This document shows positions 37,672-46,217 of a stretch of DNA of 64,000 nucleotides, one piece after another. The notes below the pieces were generated by a model. That model made no database searches, was not told the DNA's origin, and was given only the letters and a program-made list of their open reading frames with translations. The stretch is from positions 4,080 to 68,079 of the forward strand of contig JAAZUU010000001.1 in NCBI GenBank assembly GCA_018624035.1, in the 5' to 3' direction. The position numbers and the translations under genes were made by a program. Positions within the stretch are counted from its first letter, which is position 1, and every line of letters begins with the position of its first letter. This DNA comes from Rhodobiaceae bacterium. GTDB taxonomy: Bacteria; Pseudomonadota; Alphaproteobacteria; Puniceispirillales; Puniceispirillaceae.

Positions 37672-39543
37672 CTAGCCCTTGCTGTTTGCAAGTGCCTTTT
37701 CCATCACCGCGGCAATGCGGTTGGTGAAATCGCGCGGATCGGCGATGGTCTCGCCCTCGGCGACAATAGCGCTGTCATAAAGCAGCCTCGCAAAGCTGTC
37801 CGAACCGTCGAATTCACCCGATTCCATGCGGCTGTTCAGCGCCTTGATCAGCGGGTGCTTGGCATTGACCTCGAGGATTTTCGGGCCACCATGGAAATCG
37901 GGATTGTGCATTCGCATCATCCGTTCCATCTGCGGGTCCATGCCGCTCTGGTCGGCGACCAGTCGGGCAAGACTCGTCTCCAGATTGGCCGAACTGCGCA
38001 CATCGGCGACATCACCGCCAAGCACATGTTTCATCTTCGCCATGAAGCTGTCGGACAGCACCGCCTCGGCCTTGTCCTCATCCTTGTCGGCCTCGCCGAC
38101 ATTCGAGATATCGACCTCGCCCCTGGTGATCGACTGGAAGGTCCTGCCATCGAATTCGGGCGTGCCGGCAAGCCAGAAATCATCGATCGGGTCGGTCAGC
38201 AACAGCACATCGATACCCTTGGCGCGGAAGGATTCCAGATGCGGGCTTGTCATCGCCAGATCGGCATTCTCGGCCGACAGGTAATAGATCATCTCCTGGC
38301 CGGCGGCGAATCCCTCGACATATTCCTTCAGCGTGACCATGCCGTCATTACGGGTCGAGCGGAACAGGCTGATATCAAGGATTTTGGCGCGGTTGGCGTC
38401 ATCCTCATACAGCCCTTCCTTGATCACCCGGCCCATGGCGTTCCACAGGCCCTCATACTCCTCGCGGCGCTTTTCCAGCGCCTTGCCGAACTCGCCAAGG
38501 ACGCGCTTGACGATCGCCTTATTGATCTTCGTTACAACCGGATTCTGCTGCAGCATCTCGCGGCTGACATTCAGATCGACATCCGGCGTGTCGATGACGC
38601 CGCGAAGAAAGCGCAGCCATTTCGGGACCAGCCCCTCGCAATTGTCGGTGATGAACACCCGATTGACATAGAGCTGCAGCCGCGAGCGCCGTTCCGGGTC
38701 GAACAGATCGAATGGCGCCATCGACGGGATGAAGACCAGATTGGTGAACTCGACCGCTCCTTCGGTTCGGTTGTGAAGCGTGGCGAAGGGCGTGTCATAG
38801 GCGGCGGCCACCGAGGCGTAGAAATTCTGATACTCCTCCTCGGAGATGTCTTTCGCCGGCCGGGTCCACAATGCCACGGCGCTGTTCAACCGTTCCGGAT
38901 CGGCCTTGTCCTGAAGCCACATGATCGGCTGTGCGATATGGTCCGAATATTTCTTCACCAGAAATTCGATCCGCTCGCGCTCGACATATTCCTTGGCATC
39001 CTTTTTAAGGTGCAGCGTGATGTCGGTGCCCACAGTATCGCGGCTGGCGCTGTCGATGGAAAATCCGGATGCGCCGTCACTGTGCCAGTGGCTGGCCTCG
39101 GCCGCGCCATGCGCGCGCGAGACAACATCGATCCGTTCCGCCACCATGAAAGCGGAATAGAAACCGACGCCGAACTGGCCGATCAGCTGGTCGGTCAGAT
39201 CGCCCCCATCCTTGCTGTCGCTCGCCGCTGCGGCGAACGCCTTGGTGCCGGAGCTCGCGATGGTGCCGAGCGTGTCCTTCATCTCGTCGGCGGTGAGGCC
39301 GATGCCATTGTCGCTGATGGTCAGGCTGCGCGCCTTGCTGTCGGCGCTGACGGTGATCTCGCCATCCAGCATCTCGGCCGCGTCGCCGGCGCTCAGCACG
39401 GCGAATTTGCGCTTGTTGATGGCGTCGGACGCGTTGGAGATCAATTCACGAAGGAAGATTTCCTTCTGTGAGTAGAGTGAATTGATGACGATATCGAGAA
39501 TTCTGCCTGTATCGGCCTCGAAATCGAATCTCTGGCTGGTCAT
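37672..39543 (-). CDS. htpG: Molecular chaperone HtpG (Hsp90)
   Basis: I use the ATG at comp(39541-39543), giving MTSQRFDFEADTGRILDIVINSLYSQKEIFLRELISNASDA, the classical Hsp90 N-terminus. About 623 aa. Confidence 0.9.
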   Translation of the reverse strand: MTSQRFDFEADTGRILDIVINSLYSQKEIFLRELISNASDAINKRKFAVLSAGDAAEMLDGEITVSADSKARSLTISDNGIGLTADEMKDTLGTIASSGTKAFAAAASDSKDGGDLTDQLIGQFGVGFYSAFMVAERIDVVSRAHGAAEASHWHSDGASGFSIDSASRDTVGTDITLHLKKDAKEYVERERIEFLVKKYSDHIAQPIMWLQDKADPERLNSAVALWTRPAKDISEEEYQNFYASVAAAYDTPFATLHNRTEGAVEFTNLVFIPSMAPFDLFDPERRSRLQLYVNRVFITDNCEGLVPKWLRFLRGVIDTPDVDLNVSREMLQQNPVVTKINKAIVKRVLGEFGKALEKRREEYEGLWNAMGRVIKEGLYEDDANRAKILDISLFRSTRNDGMVTLKEYVEGFAAGQEMIYYLSAENADLAMTSPHLESFRAKGIDVLLLTDPIDDFWLAGTPEFDGRTFQSITRGEVDISNVGEADKDEDKAEAVLSDSFMAKMKHVLGGDVADVRSSANLETSLARLVADQSGMDPQMERMMRMHNPDFHGGPKILEVNAKHPLIKALNSRMESGEFDGSDSFARLLYDSAIVAEGETIADPRDFTNRIAAVMEKALANSKG

Positions 39544-39658
39544 GCGGTGGCCCCCCACTTGATATGTCTGGAGCGCATTTAATTTTCGTGACGGCCGATT
39601 TCAAGATGATCGCGTTGCCTGAACCACCGGATCTCAGCGCCTGATGCAAATCTGGCGG

Positions 39659-40513
39659 CTAGTCCACAAAGGCCTTTTCAATGACAAGCGTGCCGGGCCT
39701 GGCGTTCGACCCTTCGGTAAAGCCCCCTGATTCCAGCGCGTCACGCATATCCCGCAGCATCGCCATCGATCCGCAGATCATCACCCGGTCGGTCGCCGGG
39801 TCGAGCGGCGCGCCGGCAATCGACTCAAGCGATCCGGTCTCAAGCAATGTTGTCAGCCTTCCGGTGCGCGCATGCGGCTGGCGGGTCGTGGCGTCAATCA
39901 ATTTCAGCCTGTTCGTGGCGAGATCGCCGACAAGCGGATCGCTGTATGTCGCCGTGACAACCTGTTGCCCGTAGGCCAGCTCGGCCGTCAACCGGCAGCC
40001 ATGCGCCAGAACAAGGCTTTCGAACTTCTCATAGCTTTCCGGATCGCGGATCACCGACGCGAAAGGCGCGATCCCGGTGCCGGTGCCAAACATCCACAGA
40101 TTGCGTCCCGGCAACAGCGCATCCAGCACCAGCGTGCCGGTGGCCTTGCGGCGCATCCAGATGGTGTCGCCAGGCTGAACACGCTGCAGATATTCGGTTA
40201 GCGGACCTGCGGGGACCTTGATCGAATAGAATTCCAGCGTGTCATCCCAGGATGGCGAGGCAATGGAATAGGCGCGAAAGACCGGCCGTGTGCCGGGCAG
40301 GCCAATCATGACGAATTCACCGGAGCGGAAGCGAAAGCTGGCTGGCCGGCTGATCCGGAAGCGGAACAGACGGTCAGTGTAATGCTCGACCTCGGTCACC
40401 GTTTCGGCATGGCAGCCAGAAGGGGTTTCGACAGGTGCCTGAAGGGGCGCCTGATGGTCGCTGTCATGTTCGCGGGCCGGCACCGCGATGCCCGTCGCCA
40501 TATGAACTGCCAT
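39659..40513 (-). CDS. fpr: Ferredoxin-NADP+ reductase (bacterial subclass I type)
   Basis: FAD/NAD-binding core HYTDRLFRFRISRP...RAYSIASP...MFGTGTGIAPF...EKAFVD. The ATG at 40513 has GGGGAA upstream. The longer track ORF (to 40597) would cover the operator-like boxes. Confidence 0.75.
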   Translation of the reverse strand: MAVHMATGIAVPAREHDSDHQAPLQAPVETPSGCHAETVTEVEHYTDRLFRFRISRPASFRFRSGEFVMIGLPGTRPVFRAYSIASPSWDDTLEFYSIKVPAGPLTEYLQRVQPGDTIWMRRKATGTLVLDALLPGRNLWMFGTGTGIAPFASVIRDPESYEKFESLVLAHGCRLTAELAYGQQVVTATYSDPLVGDLATNRLKLIDATTRQPHARTGRLTTLLETGSLESIAGAPLDPATDRVMICGSMAMLRDMRDALESGGFTEGSNARPGTLVIEKAFVD

Positions 40514-40561
40514 ATCGTCAGTTCCCCAATTTCGCCAGGGCCGCATCATACCGAAAACTCG

Positions 40562-40578
40562 TTCGTATACAAATGAAA
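40562..40578. promoter_or_regulatory. 17-nt operator-like box, site 1 (TTCGTATACAAATGAAA), upstream of fpr
   Basis: 15/17 identical to site 3 (51492-51508). The core TTnGTATACnAA is a 10/12 palindrome. It lies 49 nt upstream of the preferred fpr ATG. Confidence 0.5.
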
Positions 40579-40582
40579 GATG

Positions 40583-40599
40583 TTTGCATACAAACAATA
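40583..40599. promoter_or_regulatory. Operator-like box, site 1b (TTTGCATACAAACAATA), 21 bp from site 1
   Basis: The core TTTGCATACAAA differs from the site 1 core at 2 of 12 positions. The spacing equals two helical turns. Confidence 0.35.
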
Positions 40600-40677
40600 T
40601 TGTGGTGTCGGCTGTCGCTGGTGGGCAGCAGAACAGGCTGGTGATCGGTGGTGGTCCGGCCGCGCCAGATGACGGTG

Positions 40678-42423
40678 TCAGGCGCGGTTACGTTCGGCGC
40701 GGGTGGCGTCCTCGTCGATCGCCGGCACCTCGCCCTCGCTGATCACGACACCATATAGCTCGCGGGCCTGGGCGGCGCTGTATCGGCCGAGCCGGACATC
40801 CTCAAGGACCGCTTCCGGCGGCCGCTCGAACGGGTCGCCATAGCCGCCACCGCCGGGGGTGCGCACCCAGACCCGGTCGCCCGGGGCCAGCGCGATATCC
40901 TGTTCCTTCGAGAGATGAAGCGGAACATAGGGTTCACTATTCCGGATCACCACGACCTTGTTCACATCGCCATCAGCGCCACCAAGCGCGCCCTGGGGCC
41001 CAAACCGCCCATGATCCATCACGAAGCTGGCGCGGGCCTCGCCATTGCGAAGCTCGAGCTCGTAATCAAGGCCGAATCCGCCGCGATTCCTGCCGGCCCC
41101 GGCGGACCCTTCATGAAGTGCATAGTGATGATAGAGGACCGGAAAGGCCTGCTCCATGATCTCCACCGGCGGCGCTTTCGAGATGCCGATGGTCGAACAG
41201 CCATTGCTCAGCCCGTCGCCATCGGCGTTGCCGCCATAACCGCCGCCAGACAGCTGATACATAACGAAATCGCGGCCGCGTTCGGCATTGTGACCACCAA
41301 GCGCGAAATTGCCGCTGGTGCCGGCCGGCGCGGCGGTCACCCGGTCGGGAAGCGGCTGCACCAGCGCCGCGAACACCGCCTCGGCGATTCGCTGGCTGAC
41401 CTCGGCGGCACAGCCCGACACCGGCCGCGGATAATGCGCGTCAAGGAAAGTGCCCTCGGGCCGGATCACTTCCAGCGGTTCGAACGCGCCGGCGCTGATC
41501 GGCACTTCCGGGAAGATGTGGCGCATCGCCAGATAGACCGAGCTGAGGGTTGTCGCCAGAACCGAATTCATCGGCCCGCGGCAGGGCGGGCTGGACCCGC
41601 CGAAATCGAAGATCAGCCGGTCATCCCGGCGCGTGACCCGGAGCCTGATTTCCAGTGGCTCGTCAACAACACCGTCACTGTCGACATAGGCGACTGACTG
41701 CCAGCTTCCTGCCGGCATGTTCGAGATCAGCTGGCGCATCTGTGTGGCGGCGCGGCCGCGAAGCTCGGCAATGGCCTGCTCCACCGTGTCATCGCCGTAG
41801 CGGTCAAGGAGCAGGTCCAGCCTGTCGGCCCCGACCTCCAGCGCCGCAGCCTGGGCCTTCACATCGCCGATCCGCTGGTCGGCCACGCGGATGTTGGAAC
41901 AGATGATGGCATAGATCTCGCGGTCCATCTCTCCCTGCTTGAACAGCTTCACCGGCGGCAGGCGCAGCCCTTCCTGTTCGACCGCTGTCGCCGAGGCCGA
42001 GAACCCGCCCGGCACGGCGCCGCCGGTATCCGGCCAATGGCCGGTGTTGGACAGCCAGCACCACAGCCTGCCATGCCGGTAATAGGGCCGGACAAAACGC
42101 ACATCCATCAGATGCGTGCCGCCAAGATAGGGGTCGTTGACGATATAGATGTCGCCGGGTTCCGGCGGTGCTGCCTCGCCTTCATCGATCAGCCGGATCA
42201 GTTCGGCGGTGGAATATTGCATCGTGCCGACAAAAACCGGCAGGCCGCCGGCACCCTGGGCGATCAGCGCGCCATCGGCGGCGGCATAGATGCCGTCCGA
42301 CCGGTCATTCGCCTCGGCGATCACCGGCGAGAAGGCGGCGCGGGAGAAACTCAGATCCATCTCGTCACAGGCCTGCTGCAGCCCGGCCTGGATGACGCTG
42401 AGGGTGATGGGATCAAGACTCAT
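40678..42423 (-). CDS. hyuB: Hydantoinase B/oxoprolinase family protein (ATP-dependent cyclic-amide hydrolase, beta subunit)
   Basis: 581 aa: MSLDPITLSVIQAGLQQACDEMDLSF...IYIVNDPYLGGTHLMD, typical of HyuB. ATGA overlap with hyuA. Confidence 0.8.
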   Translation of the reverse strand: MSLDPITLSVIQAGLQQACDEMDLSFSRAAFSPVIAEANDRSDGIYAAADGALIAQGAGGLPVFVGTMQYSTAELIRLIDEGEAAPPEPGDIYIVNDPYLGGTHLMDVRFVRPYYRHGRLWCWLSNTGHWPDTGGAVPGGFSASATAVEQEGLRLPPVKLFKQGEMDREIYAIICSNIRVADQRIGDVKAQAAALEVGADRLDLLLDRYGDDTVEQAIAELRGRAATQMRQLISNMPAGSWQSVAYVDSDGVVDEPLEIRLRVTRRDDRLIFDFGGSSPPCRGPMNSVLATTLSSVYLAMRHIFPEVPISAGAFEPLEVIRPEGTFLDAHYPRPVSGCAAEVSQRIAEAVFAALVQPLPDRVTAAPAGTSGNFALGGHNAERGRDFVMYQLSGGGYGGNADGDGLSNGCSTIGISKAPPVEIMEQAFPVLYHHYALHEGSAGAGRNRGGFGLDYELELRNGEARASFVMDHGRFGPQGALGGADGDVNKVVVIRNSEPYVPLHLSKEQDIALAPGDRVWVRTPGGGGYGDPFERPPEAVLEDVRLGRYSAAQARELYGVVISEGEVPAIDEDATRAERNRA

Positions 42424-44564
42424 GACGCGCCTCCAGCACTGATCGGGCCAGCACTGATCGGGCCAGCACTGATCGGGCCGACGCTGATCAGAATGTTGCC
42501 GTCTTCATCGGAGCTGGCGCTGTCCTTTGGCATGATGAGGATCGTGCTGTCCATCTGTTCGAGAATGGCCGGCCCCTGCAGAGCCATATCGAGGGGCAGT
42601 TTCTCGCGCCGGTAGACAGGCGTGTCGCACCAGCCGTCACCGAACCAGACGCGGCGGGTGCCGGTCTGCGCTTCGGCCAGCGTCGGGGCGCGCCCGGAAT
42701 CATCGATCAGCCCGCCAAGATCGACCTCGGCGCGCCGTCCGGTGACCGTCGTGTTAACATTCACCACCTGCGCGCGGATTTCCGGCAGCCTGACCCGGAA
42801 CCTGTTGAAATAGACCTCCTCGAACCGCGCCTGGATCTCGCCGCGATCCGGCTGGCCATCATCAAGCGGCACCTGCAGAAGATGCGTCTGCCCGCTGAAC
42901 TGCATGTCGAGCGAGTGCTGGACGCCGATCTCCGAGATGTCCACCGGTTCCTGCCGGATGAGCGCCGTTCCCTCGTCACGTTGTGCGGCGAGGATGTCGG
43001 TCAGCTGCGTCATGTCGAGAGTCGCCAGCGGCGCGTTGACCGTCTGTACGAAATCATGGCGAAGATCGGCGACAATGCAGCCCAGTGCGTTGGTGATGCC
43101 GGGGCGGGCGGGCACAAGAACCTCGGGGATGCCAAGCTCGCCGGCCAGCGCCGAGGCATGAAGCGGGCCGGCCCCGCCAAAGGCGAAAAGCGAGAAATCA
43201 CGCGGGTCCTCACCAAGAGAGACCGACACCATGCGGGTCGCGCCGGCCATGCGGGTGGTGGCGATACGAAGCACCGCCTCGGCGGCGCTCTCGGCATCGA
43301 TTCCCAGCCTGTCGCCAAGCTCGGTCTGGAAGATCTGACGGATGCGCGCCAGATCGACATTGCCCGGAACCGATTTCAGCTTGTCGACATCAAGTCTGCC
43401 AAGCAGCATGTTGGCATCGGAAATGGTCGGCTTTGTCCCGCCGCGGCCATAACAGATCGGGCCCGGGTTTGCACCGGCGCTCTGCGGCCCGACCTCAAGA
43501 AGGCCGGCCTCGTTGACCCGTGCGATCGATCCGCCACCGGCGCCGATGGTGCGGACATCGACCATCGGCACATGGATCGGCATCGCATATTCAAGCTCGA
43601 TCTCGTGCGAGACCGACGGCTCGCTTCCCCGGATCAGCGCGACATCGGTCGAGGTGCCGCCCATGTCATAGGTGATCAGGTTGGGCCGTCCGGCGCGGCG
43701 GCCGGTATAGGCGGCGGCGATCACGCCGGAGGCCGGGCCCGACATCACCGTCTTCGCGGCCTCGCGGACGACGCGGCTTGCCGAAACCGTGCCGCCATTG
43801 CCGTTCATCACCAGAAGCTCGCCACCATAGCCGCCTTCACCAAGCTCGTTCACCAGCCGCCCGACATAGCGTTCCAGAAGCGGTTGCACCGAGGCGTTGA
43901 CGGCGGCGGTGACGCCGCGCTCGAACTCGCGGCTTTCCGAAAGCAGCGAATGGCCGGTCGTGATGTAGTCATTCGGCCAGAAGGTGGCGAGGATTTCGGC
44001 TGCCCTTGTCTCGTGCTGCGGATTGGCATAGGCGTGAAGGAAATGCACCACCACCGATTCAACACCGGCGGCAAGCAATTGCTCACCCGCAAGACGCACC
44101 GCATTCTCATCAAGCGGCGTCACCACACGGCCGGCATAATCAAGCCGTTCCGGCACCTCGAGGCGCAGGTCACGCGGAATGATCGGCGTGAAATCGCCCT
44201 TCATGCCATAGGGCTGTGGCCGGGTACGGCGGCCAAGCTCGAGCACGTCGCGGAAACCTGCGGTGGTGATCAGCCCGGTGCGGCTGAGCTTGCGTTCGAG
44301 CACGGCGTTGGTCGTCGTCGTGGTGCCGTGGATTACAAGGGCGACATCACGAAGTACCGTGCCGGCCTCCTCCAGCGCTGTCATCACCCCGAAGGCCTGG
44401 TTGTCGATCGTGCTGGCCACCTTTGACAGGTGAACGGTGCCGGTCTTCTGATCGAGCCTGACGAGATCGGTGAATGTGCCGCCGACATCGACGCCGATCA
44501 GGTTGCCCCCGGTCAGCTTGCCTACGGTCAGCTTCTTTTGATGGGCCTTGTCGCGCGCCGCCAT
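42420..44564 (-). CDS. hyuA: Hydantoinase A/oxoprolinase family protein (alpha subunit) with a repeat-encoded C-terminal tail
   Basis: IGVDVGGTFTDLV...TYDMGGTSTDV are actin-like ATPase motifs. I use the internal ATG at 44564 (GGGGAAAG upstream). The C-terminus is ...LISVG(PISAG)x3GAS. Confidence 0.8.
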   Translation of the reverse strand: MAARDKAHQKKLTVGKLTGGNLIGVDVGGTFTDLVRLDQKTGTVHLSKVASTIDNQAFGVMTALEEAGTVLRDVALVIHGTTTTTNAVLERKLSRTGLITTAGFRDVLELGRRTRPQPYGMKGDFTPIIPRDLRLEVPERLDYAGRVVTPLDENAVRLAGEQLLAAGVESVVVHFLHAYANPQHETRAAEILATFWPNDYITTGHSLLSESREFERGVTAAVNASVQPLLERYVGRLVNELGEGGYGGELLVMNGNGGTVSASRVVREAAKTVMSGPASGVIAAAYTGRRAGRPNLITYDMGGTSTDVALIRGSEPSVSHEIELEYAMPIHVPMVDVRTIGAGGGSIARVNEAGLLEVGPQSAGANPGPICYGRGGTKPTISDANMLLGRLDVDKLKSVPGNVDLARIRQIFQTELGDRLGIDAESAAEAVLRIATTRMAGATRMVSVSLGEDPRDFSLFAFGGAGPLHASALAGELGIPEVLVPARPGITNALGCIVADLRHDFVQTVNAPLATLDMTQLTDILAAQRDEGTALIRQEPVDISEIGVQHSLDMQFSGQTHLLQVPLDDGQPDRGEIQARFEEVYFNRFRVRLPEIRAQVVNVNTTVTGRRAEVDLGGLIDDSGRAPTLAEAQTGTRRVWFGDGWCDTPVYRREKLPLDMALQGPAILEQMDSTILIMPKDSASSDEDGNILISVGPISAGPISAGPISAGGAS
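42433..42492. repeat. 15-bp tandem repeat x4 (CCAGCACTGATCGGG; three perfect copies plus one degenerate), in frame in the 3' end of hyuA
   Basis: Read directly. It encodes LISVG-PISAG-PISAG-PISAG just before the hyuA stop / hyuB start overlap. Confidence 0.9.
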
Positions 44565-44586
44565 CAGCCGTCTTTCCCCAGAATTG

Positions 44587-44603
44587 TTGGTATGCGAATG
44601 AGC
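44587..44603. promoter_or_regulatory. Operator-like box, site 2 (TTGGTATGCGAATGAGC), in the hyuA / membrane-protein divergent spacer
   Basis: 13/16 identical to site 3 over TTnGTATnCGAATGA. Confidence 0.4.
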
Positions 44604-44610
44604 GCCGAAT

Positions 44611-44627
44611 ATTGACAAATTGTCAAT
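44611..44627. promoter_or_regulatory. Perfect 17-bp palindrome ATTGACAA-A-TTGTCAAT
   Basis: 8-bp arms around a single central base, 8 nt from operator-like site 2, in the hyuA / membrane-protein divergent spacer. Confidence 0.4.
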
Positions 44628-44676
44628 TGGGTTTCCAAATCTCCGCATGCTGTCGATATCCTCAGATTATGGGTTA

Positions 44677-46110
44677 ATGGCGCGTGGCAGGCGGCTTGTC
44701 GCCACCGCGATGATCTGTGCTGTGTCGCTGCTGCCGCTGCCGGCGGCGGCGCATGCGACAGGCCAGAGCTTCATCGCCCTGCTGCCGACCGGCCCCTATA
44801 TGGCGGTTGGCGTCATCATCGTCGCGCTCAGCATCATGCTGCTGTGGTTTCTGCCGCACCGGTCGGTGGCACGGCTGCTGCCAAGCCGTGATCTGGGCCG
44901 GATCGCGGCGCCGCCCTTGCTGCGCTCGCTGTCCAGTTTTCTGTTTTTCCTGCTATTGTGCTGGCTTCTGTCACGCGGGATCTCGGGATCGCGCGATCCG
45001 CTGGAAAATCCGCTGGTGCTGGGCTTCTGGGTGGTGTTCTGGATGGCCTCGCCGATGGTGCAGGGGTTTGTGTTCGATCTCTGGGGCTGGATGTCGCCAT
45101 GGCGCTGGCTTGCCGGACCGCTCGCCGCGGTGGTGGCGCGCCCGCCGCTGGCATTGCCGCACCGTCTTGGCGTCTGGCCGGCGGTTCTGCTGCTGCTGGT
45201 GTTCTCGATGTTCACCCTTGCCGACCCGGCGCCGGATGATCCGGCGCGTCTGGCGACGGTTGGCGTCACCTATATGGCGGTGACCATTGCCGGCATGGTT
45301 CTGTGCGGCCCGGGACGATGGCTTCGCCAGGTCGAGATCTTTTCGGTCGTGATGGCGCATTTCGGGCGGCTGGCGCCGCTGGCAAGGCGAGGCAGGCGGG
45401 TGCGCGTCGGCTGGCCCGGATGGCAACTGGCGCATGGTGCGCGGGCCTCGCGCGGCATCCCGGTGTTCATTCTGATGCTTCTTGGCACCGGATCATTCGA
45501 CGGTTTCAACGAAACCTTTGTCTGGCTTGATATGATCGGGGTCAACCCGCTGGCCTTTCCGGGCAGGTCGGCCGTGGTGATGCCGGTCATCGCCGGCCTG
45601 ATCGCCGCCAACCTGATCCTTGTGGGGCTGTTCACGGCGCTTCTCCATGCCGGTGATCGGGCGGTTGCCGCGCCCCGGGACCAGACGCCGGAACAGGGAG
45701 CATCGGCGCGGAACAGGTATATTCTGTCGGTCTTTGCGCCCACCATCCTGCCAATCGCGCTTGCCTATCACACCGCGCATTATTTCCCCTCGCTTCTGGT
45801 CGATGGCCAGTATGTGCTGGTCGCGCTGAATGATCCGCTGGGGCAGGGCGCCAACCTGCTGGGGCTTGACGGGTTCCATGTCACGACCGGCTTTTTCAAG
45901 CACCGGGAATCGATGCGGGTCATCTGGCTGAGCCAGGCCGCCATCATTGTTTTCGGGCATGTTCTGGCGGTCATTCTCGCGCACGCCAACGCGGTGCAGG
46001 CCTATGGCGGGATTCGCCGCGCCTTCACCGCCGGCATGCCGCTGGCGGTGTTCATGATTCTCTATACATGGCTTGGCCTGTGGCTGCTGGCGGCACCGAA
46101 GGGCGGATGA
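44677..46110 (+). CDS. Polytopic membrane protein of unknown function (signal peptide, then about 12 hydrophobic segments)
   Basis: I use the ATG at 44677, giving MARGRRLVATAMICAVSLLPLPAAAHA|TGQSF. His-containing motifs AYHTAHYFPS and GHVLAVILAH lie in predicted membrane segments. I do not recognise a family. Confidence 0.5.
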   Translation: MARGRRLVATAMICAVSLLPLPAAAHATGQSFIALLPTGPYMAVGVIIVALSIMLLWFLPHRSVARLLPSRDLGRIAAPPLLRSLSSFLFFLLLCWLLSRGISGSRDPLENPLVLGFWVVFWMASPMVQGFVFDLWGWMSPWRWLAGPLAAVVARPPLALPHRLGVWPAVLLLLVFSMFTLADPAPDDPARLATVGVTYMAVTIAGMVLCGPGRWLRQVEIFSVVMAHFGRLAPLARRGRRVRVGWPGWQLAHGARASRGIPVFILMLLGTGSFDGFNETFVWLDMIGVNPLAFPGRSAVVMPVIAGLIAANLILVGLFTALLHAGDRAVAAPRDQTPEQGASARNRYILSVFAPTILPIALAYHTAHYFPSLLVDGQYVLVALNDPLGQGANLLGLDGFHVTTGFFKHRESMRVIWLSQAAIIVFGHVLAVILAHANAVQAYGGIRRAFTAGMPLAVFMILYTWLGLWLLAAPKGG

Positions 46111-46217
46111 AGTTTTGTCTGGACAAGACGTGTCGCTGGCCACAAGCTTGGCGCAGGGATCGAGATGAACAATCGGCATCGAAGCCGGGCTCGACTTCAA
46201 CTGCCAGGGAGATAGCC

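Noticed and set aside
37582-39471. 629-aa plus-strand ORF antisense to htpG
   Set aside because: It lies entirely opposite an unmistakable Hsp90 gene. Its product is a low-complexity Arg/Gly/Ala/Asp-rich translation typical of shadow ORFs in GC-rich DNA, with no start context or recognisable domain.
39544-39658. RpoH (sigma-32) heat-shock promoter upstream of htpG
   Set aside because: On the coding strand there is a CTTGAAA (-35-like, comp 39599-39605), but I could not find a convincing CCCCAT/CYTATnT-type -10 at the expected spacing. This is not enough evidence to annotate a promoter.
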